15,925 nucleotides of DNA, from the NCBI GenBank assembly GCA_038046605.1, contig JBBSVW010000035.1, forward strand, positions 1 through 15,925. Reading direction: 5' to 3'. Source of the stretch: Candidatus Micrarchaeota archaeon. Its GTDB lineage: Archaea > Micrarchaeota > Micrarchaeia > Norongarragalinales > SBBD01. Made by a program: the position numbers and the translations under genes. Under the pieces are notes generated by a model. The model did no database searches. It had not been told where the DNA came from and saw only the letters and a list, made by a program, of their open reading frames with translations. The number at the start of each line of letters is the position of its first letter. The first letter of the stretch is position 1. This document shows positions 8,478 to 15,925 of this stretch, in pieces.

Positions 8478-11400
8478 TTAAAGGGTGGCATTGATCGGCA
8501 CATTGTCACCCCTAAGGAAACCGTTTCCATTAGGATAATTTATGAACGGATAGAGGGGCGCATTGACATCAACGGAATAATTACTGGAATTTGAGTTCTT
8601 GTAGCAGGTGTTGTCGATTATCCCCCCCTTCCACCTTTGGGTGCCGGTTAAGTAGGAGCAGCTGGGATCGAAATTAAGGTTTATGTAGCTGCTGGAATTT
8701 GTCGAAATGGACGACCCGTTGTCATAAGTTGAACCATTGGTTGTGACCCATATGGTTGAATTCCAACCAGAGCCTATCGATTCGTTTTTATCCGAGTCGG
8801 TTGCAAGAAGCGAAAGTGATCTTTGGGATGAGCCGTTTCGAAGGACTGTTGATCCATCCCCAAATGCCAACGAAACGGAAATGTCATCCGCTTCCTGCGT
8901 GAAATTGCCAGTTGCATTTTCCTGGTAGGTTCGCGCATCTATAGCTTCAAACCTAAAGTTCCAAGCGCCCAAATCGGCGCAGGAGAAATTGCCAGAATTG
9001 AACGTTAGGTTGACGATTTGGTTTGAGGGGGATGAAACTGTTTTGGCATCGCGCGCAGAGCCCCAGGATGCTGCGGTTGTGCGCTTGGCATAAAGCCTGA
9101 TGGTTACGCTATCTGCATCATCATCGTTAAGTACCACGGAGAATGGGAATGTTTCCCCCCAGCCAGCAAGGGTTTTAAGCGCGGTTTGGTTAGTCATCGC
9201 AGGCCTTGTTTCGATAAATAAGCTATCTGCAAGCACATAGGTATCATTGGTGTTATAGAAGCTCTTTGAGGAATTCATTGCAAGGTTGTACCATTGGTAG
9301 AGCAGATTGGTTGTGTTGAAGGTGCATTGGTATGCCCCACCAACCGGATTTGAAACTGGCGAACATGCATATGGCATTCCGGTCGAATTGTGGATCGGGT
9401 TTAGGGTTACTGATGCGCTACTAATGTCAAGGCCGCAATCATCAGCAACCGCAGATGAGATTGTTACATTGGTGCCCTTGAGAACTTGGGACCCCTGGGG
9501 AGAGGAGATTGAATTTTGCAGTTCACCATACAAGGTCAAATTCAGGAAATTGCCAGGGGCGGTTACGTTTGTTGATTTATAGCATACATCACCGATGATG
9601 CCAGCGGTCCAATTCTGGCGCCCAACCAGATAGTTGCAATTGGAATCAAAATTGAGGGCAAGGTGGCCAGATGCATTTGTTTGGGTGCTATTTGAAGAAT
9701 ACGATACCCCATTGGTTGTTATCCAATACGTGCCATTGACTCCGCTTGGCACATAGGAGGAATTATCAGAATTATACACCCGAATGGCAAGTGGCCAAAG
9801 CGTTGGGCCCGTCCTATTTAGCGAAGTATTATTGCCATATATGTGCGAAACTGAAATGTCGTTTGCCTCAATTTGGTAGCCGGTTGCAACGGAGGTGTTG
9901 AACCTGTTTGTGCCATCGTAAATATTGAAGTAGAAATTGGTGGTGGCACTTATATCACCGCAGTTAAATGCCGAGACATTGATTATGCAAGTGCCAACGC
10001 CGCCAGCAATTGTCATATTGCCGCGGCTCACATTGGTTGAGCCACTGTTTACTGATGTATATAGCGTGCAGGTGACATTGTCATTTTGGGGATCCGAAAC
10101 GGGGATTGAAAAGCCAAATACCTCGCTCCAGCCGCCAAGTGTGGGCGTGACATTTTGAGTGCCTATTGCGGGGGCGGTGTTGTTGAAATATGACCAATTA
10201 GTGAAAATAGTTGTGTTGCTTAGGTAATTTGTTAGGGTCGAATTGACGTGGATGCTCCAGTTGCCGCCCTGGTGATTGGATGTATTTAAAGTGCAATTGA
10301 AGATGCTTCCGCTGACATTGCTTACTGGGGAGCACACTTCGGAAACTCCAAAGGGCGAAACGATTTGCATCCCAACTGTTGCATCCGATCTTGGGATGGC
10401 GCATTCGTCCGTGGCATTTGCACTGATTGTTAGATTAGAGCCTACAGGGATGCTTGCCTGGAAGGGCGGGTAAACTATATTGTTCCTCATCTGCCCCCTA
10501 ATTGAAAACGAGCGGGTTGAATCGTTAACATCCTGGTAGCAACTATTGCCAAGGGTCCCTGCCTGGAAGGTTTGCGCACCCGCAGAATATGCGCAAGAGG
10601 GGTTGAAGAAATCAAATGCGAAGCCATTTGCATCGGTTTGGACTATGGTACCAGAATCCTGGGATGAACCATCCATTGTCATCCAATATGTCACATTAAT
10701 GCCGATGCCAACATATGTGTTCATGTGATTGTCGAACACGCGAACCCGGAATGTGCCGTTGCTGTTGCCATTGCGGTCAATTGTTATGCCCGTGCCGGTC
10801 CCAAATTGGGTTTGCACGAGCTCTTTTGCTATGGTAAAGCTTGATTCATCCGATTCATTGGTATTGTTGTTGCTTGCATCCGTCGCATTGAATTTAAAGT
10901 AATTCGTGCCAATGTCGGCGCAGGTGAACCTGTGCTTGAATGACACCGTGGTCGGATTCAGGTAGGTGCTGGTTGTTTGATTGTAAAGGGCGTATGATCC
11001 GGCAAGCCCGACTTTTTTCCAGAAATTCACGGTAACAACATCCCCCTCAATATCATTTGCCGTAACGGAAAAAGTATAGAGGTTGCCCCAATCATCAGAA
11101 TTGTCATCAACAGCAGGGCTGGTTAGGGCGGGCCTTGCCGTCAAAGTGAAAGCGCTGGAATTCGTATTTGCGGAAACATTATGGAAACTCCTGGAGGAAT
11201 TCATGGTTACATTGTACGCGCCTACTGCAAGCCCAGCGCTATCCACATCAGGGATAGTGCAGTTGTAATAGCCAGTGTTTTCATCCCTAATTGGACTGCA
11301 GCTATATGTGGATCCAGATCCGCTTGTTAGCCGGGCGCTGAAAGTAACCGTTGAGGAGTTGAGGTAATTATTGCATTCGTCCTGGACAATGCCCCTAAGG

Positions 11401-14400
11401 GTTATGTTTTGGCCGCGGAAATATTTCTGACCAGATGGCGCCGTTATTGAGGCATTTAGGTCCGCCGTGACATTGAAATCAAATGACGAGGTATTTGCAG
11501 CCTTGTAGAAGGTGCTTTCAAAAATCGCGCCAAACCATGTCTGCTGCCCTGGAACATATGTGCAATCAGGATCAAAATCGGTCTTGTTCAGGTATCCGGA
11601 TGGATCTGTGAAGAGGTCAAAATAAGCGTAACTGGAGCCGTTGAGGGTGGCATTTATCCTTCCTGGAGAGCCCCCGCCCAAATAAACAACACCCTGGGAA
11701 TCAATGTCCCTAGCCCTAATTGTGAACGCTGTTGTTAACGATCCTGGCCGGTATAATGATTGATTTGCGCCAAAGATGTAGTCAAGCCTCACATCGTTCT
11801 TCTCAACGGTATAGTTGCCAATTGCGGATTCCACCTGCGCGTCATTGTTTGTTGCATTCCATTTGAAGGAGCGGTTTCCCATTGCGCTTGAAACGCCATG
11901 GGAATAATTGAAGGTAATTGGCACGTTGCTTCCATTGACTGTAGTCGAATAGAGGTTTGTTTCCGTTCCGCCAACCTTCCTTTCCCATAGCCTTACTGTT
12001 ACGGAATCGCCATCTGGCTCGGTCGCATTTACCGAGAAGGTGAAATTCTCGCCCCAGCCGCCTACTAATGGGGTTACATTCACCTGCGTTAGGAGGGGAA
12101 TGCTTGAAATAATGAAGCTATTTGCAGTGGAATTGGTCCTGAAGTTATAATAGGTTTTTGTGGCATTTGTCGTGACATTGTAGGCGCCATATGCCTTGCC
12201 GGTCGTATTGATCGTGCAGTTGTAAATCCCGCCGCCTATTCCAGTTGTCTGTGAGCATAGGGCTGTGCCATCACTCCTGGAGGCATTGAAGGCAATGGTG
12301 CCGTTTAATAGCGGGGCGGAGCAATCGTCAGCTATATTCGAGCTTAATGTGATGTTTGTCCCTATTGCAACCCTTTGCGAATTGAGCGGATAGAGCTGGA
12401 TGATCCCGAACTCTCCAAGTATTGTTACGTTGAAATTGGAGGTATTTGTATTCGCATAGCAAACATCCGTAGTACCTCCTTTCCACAATTGCGTTCCAAC
12501 GGTGTAGCTGCATGAAGGATTGATCCAAAGGGATGCCCTTCCAGACGAGTTTGATTGGGTCTGGTTGCCAGAATCGTATTCGGATAGATTGGTCGTCACC
12601 CAGAACGTGACATTGGAATTATTCACATAAGTAAGGTTTTCGGCATCGTAAATGCGAAGTTCTAAATAGCCAGCTCCATTGCTCCGGTTGACCGTGGAGC
12701 CGTTGCCGAAGATGTGGGAAATGGTGACGTTGGTTGTTGTCAGGTTGGGGCCGTAAACCGGGGAGGTGTTGAACTGGTTTGCGGGCTCGCCGTTTATGAT
12801 GTGCCATTTGAACCAGTTATCCGTGCCCATCTCGCCGCAGGCAAGGCTGTAGACGGATATTGTGCAGTTGCCGGCGCCGGTTACTGTTGTGTTGCCCTTG
12901 TTTTGCCAAGAGGCCTGGTTGTCGGTTGAGACGAATAGGGTGCAGGTGACATTGTCAGAGGCATCATCCGTAATCTGGACGGAGTAATTGTAGGGCCTGC
13001 TCCAGCCGCCGGATGCCGGGTTGACGGATGCGTTTTGGGCAATTGGCGAAACGTCCTTGATGTAAAACCATTGGGAAAGGGTGGTGCTATTTGATGCGTA
13101 TAGGCCGGGGCGGCTAAGGTTCATTTGGATGCTATAGTTGCCCTGCACCTTGTTTGAGGAATCCCAGGTGCAGTTGTAAAAGCCCGCATTGCCGCCAGCT
13201 TCCGAAGCTACCGGGGCGCACGAGGTGGAGGTTGCATTGGGGGAGATGATTGTGACTACCGGGGTTACGTTTATTATCATGCCTTCAGCCGAGCAATCGG
13301 AAGTTGCGTTCAGCCGGAACAGTATTTGCTGGGATTTGTTGAAGTTCTGGTTGTAATATGGGTTTAGGAGGTTTGCCATCAGTTGGCCGGTGACATTCAA
13401 GGTGTAGTTTGTAAGGGCGGTGTTCTTGTAGCAGGTGTCATTGACAATCCCTCCCACCCATTTTTGCGTGCCGGTTGTGTAGGAACATGATGGGTTGAAA
13501 TAGTAGGAAGTATTGCCCGTTGAATCGGTAGCATTGAACGTGCCGCCGTCAAATACCACCCCATTTGTTGTTATGTAAAAAGTGGTATTGACATTTGAGC
13601 TCACATACGCATTGCTCTTGTCATTGTCCCTGACCCGTAATCGTAGTAGCCCAACAGTTCCGCCCTCCCTAAGTATGTTAATTCCAGAACCCGCATCTGA
13701 TTCCGTATCCGCATCGTCCTTTTCAATTGTGAAAGCACTGGAGGATAATTCCGTGCCAAAGCCCCATTGGTTTGTGGCGTTGAATTTCCATTGGCTGGTT
13801 GCGGAAGGGGTAATATCGCCGCATACGAATGTTTCGGCGTAGGATTTGGTCACGAAATCAACGCCGGTGCAGTTCTTGGTTTCGACTGGCGACCAATCAT
13901 ATGTGGAGTTTAGGCGCTTCCAAAGCGTGACGTTGAATGTGCCGCCATCGATTTGCCGGCAATCGACGGACCATGTGAAGGTTTCGCCCCAGCCGCCAAG
14001 CGCCTTGTCCAAGGAGGCTAGCTGGAGTTCTGGGCCGGCTACGAGTTGGAGGGCATTAACCTTGGTTGAATTTTGCTGGGCGTAGTAGGCCTTGTCGACC
14101 TGGGCGGTCAAATTGTAATAGCCAAATTCCTTTCCTGTTGAATCCCAGGAGAAGTTGTGGGTGCCATTTCCAAATATTGTAAAGCCCGAGCTTTCGGTGT
14201 AAGCGGTTGAACCCCTGAAATAGAGCACGGGGGTTGTGGAATTGACCGGGTTTAGGCATTCGTCGGTGACGTTGAAATCTACAGGCACCCTTGAGCCCCT
14301 TGTGTAATTTACACCTAGGGGCCGGGCAACTGCAACGGACATGTTCGTTTGCAGGGTTATGTTGTAGACGGAGGAATTGAATTCCTTATAGCAGCTGTTG

Positions 14401-15925
14401 GCAGTAGTTCCAATCTTCCAACCCTGCACTCCGGGCGCATAGCTGCAGGTGGGATCAATTGTGCTGTTGAAAAAGCCCGAGGATGTGGTGACACCGGTGC
14501 CGGTATCGTATTGGCTGCCATTGACCGTGACCCATCTAGTGCCGCTTGCAAGGCCCGTGCCGATAAGGGTATTTGCATTGTCTATATCCCTGACCTGGAC
14601 GGATAGTGTTGTGGATTGCGAGCCGTTCCTCCAAATGGTTTCACCGTCTCCCGAAATGTAGGTAATGTTGACATCGTCGCGCTCAATTGTGAAATTCATC
14701 GGGGTGAGGTTGGCCGTGAAATTCTCATCGGAGGCATTCCAGAAGAACTGCCAGCCGGCAATGTCGCCGCATGCAAAATTGCTCTTGGGGATTGAGAGCA
14801 TGGTGTTGTTGCAGTTGCTTGAGCAGGTACGGGTGGACACAATGGTCCAATCACCCGAGTAGCCCTGGCGGATGAAGAGATAGGCGGTGACAAGATCGTT
14901 GTCATCGTCGGTTACGGTAACATTGAAATTGAATGTTTCCTTCCAGCCTCCGGCATCCGATGTGTTGGAATCCTCATTTGATGTGTTGACGAATTGCACA
15001 ACAAGGGTGGGACCGGTCTGGATGCGGAAGATGTTGTTTGTCGTAAGGGAGTTGAAGTTGTGGAAGGGCTTTGATGAATTGGCGGTGACATTGTAGTAGC
15101 GTGCGGGCAACAAGGAGGTATTGAAGGAGCAATTGTATGATCCGGTTGTCTCATTGGTAACTGGAGAGCACGAATAGCCGCTTTGGCCCTGTTTGTAGGT
15201 CAGGTTCACCTGGGCATCTGTTAGGGGAATTAGGCATTCATCGGTAACATTGACCCGCAGGGTAACGTTTGAATTGCGCGGGTAGTTGGCGCCATTTGGG
15301 GAAAGTAGGGTGTTTTGGATATCGGCGTATATGCTGATGTTGAAATTTGAGGAATTGGTTTGGGTGTAGCAGCCATCAGTAATCCCGCCTTTCCAGGATT
15401 GTTTTGCTGCGCCATAGGAACATGATGGGTTGAAATAAACAGCGGCATGGCCGGAGGAATTGGATGAGGTTTGGTTGCCTGAATCGAAGGAAACCGCGTT
15501 CGCAGTAACCCAGAACGTGACATTGGAATTATTGACGTAGGTGAGGTTTTCGGCATCGTAAATGCGGATTGAGAAGTAAGCGCTTGCCTGGCTCCTGTTG
15601 ATTGAAGTCTCGTTGCCGAAGATATGGGAAATGGTTACGTTGGTTGTTGTCAGGTTGGGGCCGTAAACGGGCGAGGTGTTGAACTGGTTTGCGGGCTCGC
15701 CGTTTATGATGTGCCATTTGAAATAGTTGTCGGCCCCCATTTCGCCGCAGGAGAGGCTGTAAACTGAAATTGTGCAGTTGCCAGCGCCGGTTACTGTTGT
15801 GTTGCCCTTGTTTTGCCAGGTGGCCTGGTTGTCGGTTGAGACGAATAGGGTGCAGGTGACATTGTCGGCCGCATCATCCGTAATCTGGACGGAGTAATTG
15901 TAGGGCCTGCTCCAGCCGCCGGATG
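8478..15925 (-). CDS. N-terminal part (5'-partial) of the giant surface protein: tandem ~320-aa Cys-containing Ig-like repeat units
   Basis: The 2420-aa ORF extends without a stop to the window edge. Its listed Met (MGADNY) corresponds to the internal MGTDNW of a later repeat, so it is not the true start. Confidence 0.9.
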   Translation of the reverse strand, partial: SGGWSRPYNYSVQITDDAADNVTCTLFVSTDNQATWQNKGNTTVTGAGNCTISVYSLSCGEMGADNYFKWHIINGEPANQFNTSPVYGPNLTTTNVTISHIFGNETSINRSQASAYFSIRIYDAENLTYVNNSNVTFWVTANAVSFDSGNQTSSNSSGHAAVYFNPSCSYGAAKQSWKGGITDGCYTQTNSSNFNISIYADIQNTLLSPNGANYPRNSNVTLRVNVTDECLIPLTDAQVNLTYKQGQSGYSCSPVTNETTGSYNCSFNTSLLPARYYNVTANSSKPFHNFNSLTTNNIFRIQTGPTLVVQFVNTSNEDSNTSDAGGWKETFNFNVTVTDDDNDLVTAYLFIRQGYSGDWTIVSTRTCSSNCNNTMLSIPKSNFACGDIAGWQFFWNASDENFTANLTPMNFTIERDDVNITYISGDGETIWRNGSQSTTLSVQVRDIDNANTLIGTGLASGTRWVTVNGSQYDTGTGVTTSSGFFNSTIDPTCSYAPGVQGWKIGTTANSCYKEFNSSVYNITLQTNMSVAVARPLGVNYTRGSRVPVDFNVTDECLNPVNSTTPVLYFRGSTAYTESSGFTIFGNGTHNFSWDSTGKEFGYYNLTAQVDKAYYAQQNSTKVNALQLVAGPELQLASLDKALGGWGETFTWSVDCRQIDGGTFNVTLWKRLNSTYDWSPVETKNCTGVDFVTKSYAETFVCGDITPSATSQWKFNATNQWGFGTELSSSAFTIEKDDADTESDAGSGINILREGGTVGLLRLRVRDNDKSNAYVSSNVNTTFYITTNGVVFDGGTFNATDSTGNTSYYFNPSCSYTTGTQKWVGGIVNDTCYKNTALTNYTLNVTGQLMANLLNPYYNQNFNKSQQILFRLNATSDCSAEGMIINVTPVVTIISPNATSTSCAPVASEAGGNAGFYNCTWDSSNKVQGNYSIQMNLSRPGLYASNSTTLSQWFYIKDVSPIAQNASVNPASGGWSRPYNYSVQITDDASDNVTCTLFVSTDNQASWQNKGNTTVTGAGNCTISVYSLACGEMGTDNWFKWHIINGEPANQFNTSPVYGPNLTTTNVTISHIFGNGSTVNRSNGAGYLELRIYDAENLTYVNNSNVTFWVTTNLSEYDSGNQTQSNSSGRASLWINPSCSYTVGTQLWKGGTTDVCYANTNTSNFNVTILGEFGIIQLYPLNSQRVAIGTNITLSSNIADDCSAPLLNGTIAFNASRSDGTALCSQTTGIGGGIYNCTINTTGKAYGAYNVTTNATKTYYNFRTNSTANSFIISSIPLLTQVNVTPLVGGWGENFTFSVNATEPDGDSVTVRLWERKVGGTETNLYSTTVNGSNVPITFNYSHGVSSAMGNRSFKWNATNNDAQVESAIGNYTVEKNDVRLDYIFGANQSLYRPGSLTTAFTIRARDIDSQGVVYLGGGSPGRINATLNGSSYAYFDLFTDPSGYLNKTDFDPDCTYVPGQQTWFGAIFESTFYKAANTSSFDFNVTADLNASITAPSGQKYFRGQNITLRGIVQDECNNYLNSSTVTFSARLTSGSGSTYSCSPIRDENTGYYNCTIPDVDSAGLAVGAYNVTMNSSRSFHNVSANTNSSAFTLTARPALTSPAVDDNSDDWGNLYTFSVTANDIEGDVVTVNFWKKVGLAGSYALYNQTTSTYLNPTTVSFKHRFTCADIGTNYFKFNATDASNNNTNESDESSFTIAKELVQTQFGTGTGITIDRNGNSNGTFRVRVFDNHMNTYVGIGINVTYWMTMDGSSQDSGTIVQTDANGFAFDFFNPSCAYSAGAQTFQAGTLGNSCYQDVNDSTRSFSIRGQMRNNIVYPPFQASIPVGSNLTISANATDECAIPRSDATVGMQIVSPFGVSEVCSPVSNVSGSIFNCTLNTSNHQGGNWSIHVNSTLTNYLSNTTIFTNWSYFNNTAPAIGTQNVTPTLGGWSEVFGFSIPVSDPQNDNVTCTLYTSVNSGSTNVSRGNMTIAGGVGTCIINVSAFNCGDISATTNFYFNIYDGTNRFNTSVATGYQIEANDISVSHIYGNNTSLNRTGPTLWPLAIRVYNSDNSSYVPSGVNGTYWITTNGVSYSSNSTQTNASGHLALNFDSNCNYLVGRQNWTAGIIGDVCYKSTNVTAPGNFLNLTLYGELQNSISSPQGSQVLKGTNVTISSAVADDCGLDISSASVTLNPIHNSTGMPYACSPVSNPVGGAYQCTFNTTNLLYQWYNLAMNSSKSFYNTNDTYVLADSLFIETRPAMTNQTALKTLAGWGETFPFSVVLNDDDADSVTIRLYAKRTTAASWGSARDAKTVSSPSNQIVNLTFNSGNFSCADLGAWNFRFEAIDARTYQENATGNFTQEADDISVSLAFGDGSTVLRNGSSQRSLSLLATDSDKNESIGSGWNSTIWVTTNGSTYDNGSSISTNSSSYINLNFDPSCSYLTGTQRWKGGIIDNTCYKNSNSSNYSVDVNAPLYPFINYPNGNGFLRGDNVPINATL
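12598..13015. repeat. Near-identical DNA direct repeat, copy 1 (offset 2910 nt)
   Basis: 12701..13015 vs 15611..15925: 22 mismatches in 315 nt by hand count (~93%). 12598..12656 vs 15508..15566: 4 mismatches in 59 nt. Confidence 0.95.
15508..15925. repeat. Near-identical DNA direct repeat, copy 2 (runs off the window edge)
   Basis: Gap-free alignment to 12598..13015. Confidence 0.95.

Larger units (their letters stand above)
198..15925 (-). pseudogene. Giant membrane-anchored surface protein with C-terminal HerA-like ATPase; one reading frame interrupted by two in-frame TAA codons (pseudogene, split gene or base-call error); 5' end outside the window
   Basis: ORFs 198..8342 and 8478..15740 share a frame (8342 and 15740 are both 2 mod 3). 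The gap translates as INATL*D*CSLVASATTTFKVRANVGGDKSCTDILSGGGTYNCTWPSSSQP-MGYYN, which matches the third domain of the other repeat units. The frame stays open from 15740 to the window edge (SGGWSRPYNYSVQITDDAADNVTCTLF...CGE-MGADNY). Confidence 0.75.
7345..15925 (-). repeat. Nine tandem protein repeat units of 316-329 aa (three Ig-like subdomains each); the last unit is shorter
   Basis: Anchor Trp codon of the GGW-like motif at 15912, 14943, 13989, 13002, 12054, 11088, 10128, 9159 and 8205; spacings 969, 954, 987, 948, 966, 960, 969, 954 nt. Shared motifs FxCxD, FxPxCxY, QxW, CY, D(E/D)C, YNC. Confidence 0.92.

Noticed and set aside
8472-8480. Alternative genetic code with TAA reassigned
   Set aside because: Only two internal TAAs occur in ~5,240 codons, and TAA serves as the natural terminator at 198..200. 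Sec and Pyl use TGA and TAG, not TAA.
8471-8481. TTAA-TC-TTAA as a transposon footprint or micro-inversion
   Set aside because: Repeat spacing and motif length show no net insertion, and inverting the segment still leaves a stop.
12701-15925. Near-identical repeat pair as a diversity-generating retroelement TR/VR
   Set aside because: Mismatches are not adenine-specific and many are at third codon positions. Both copies are in-frame coding repeats, and no reverse transcriptase gene is in the window.
1-15925. CRISPR array, tRNA/rRNA, IS element or intein
   Set aside because: No regularly spaced short repeats, RNA-gene signatures, transposase or intein motifs were seen; the window is essentially fully coding.

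Overview
Almost the whole window is one minus-strand reading frame (198..>15925, about 5,240 codons, entering from the right edge). It encodes a giant archaeal-type cell-surface protein: Asn/Ser/Thr-rich, packed with N-x-S/T sequons and Ig-like beta-sandwich repeats. Visible order from N- to C-terminus: nine ~320-aa Cys-containing repeat units arranged as an (A-B-C)x3 super-repeat; further Ig-like domains including a second ~440-aa tandem duplication; a CGNGICE Cys-rich motif; a Gly/Ala linker; two sequon-free Ig-like domains; one transmembrane helix; a cytoplasmic HerA/FtsK-superfamily (DUF87-like) P-loop ATPase with a helical tail. The two large ORFs in the track are in the same frame and are separated only by TAA-GAT-TAA at 8472..8480, which sits inside the conserved xD(E/D)C repeat motif with no sign of an indel. 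A probable next gene starts at 175 and runs off the left edge. A DPANN-like archaeal origin is inferred from architecture and composition only.
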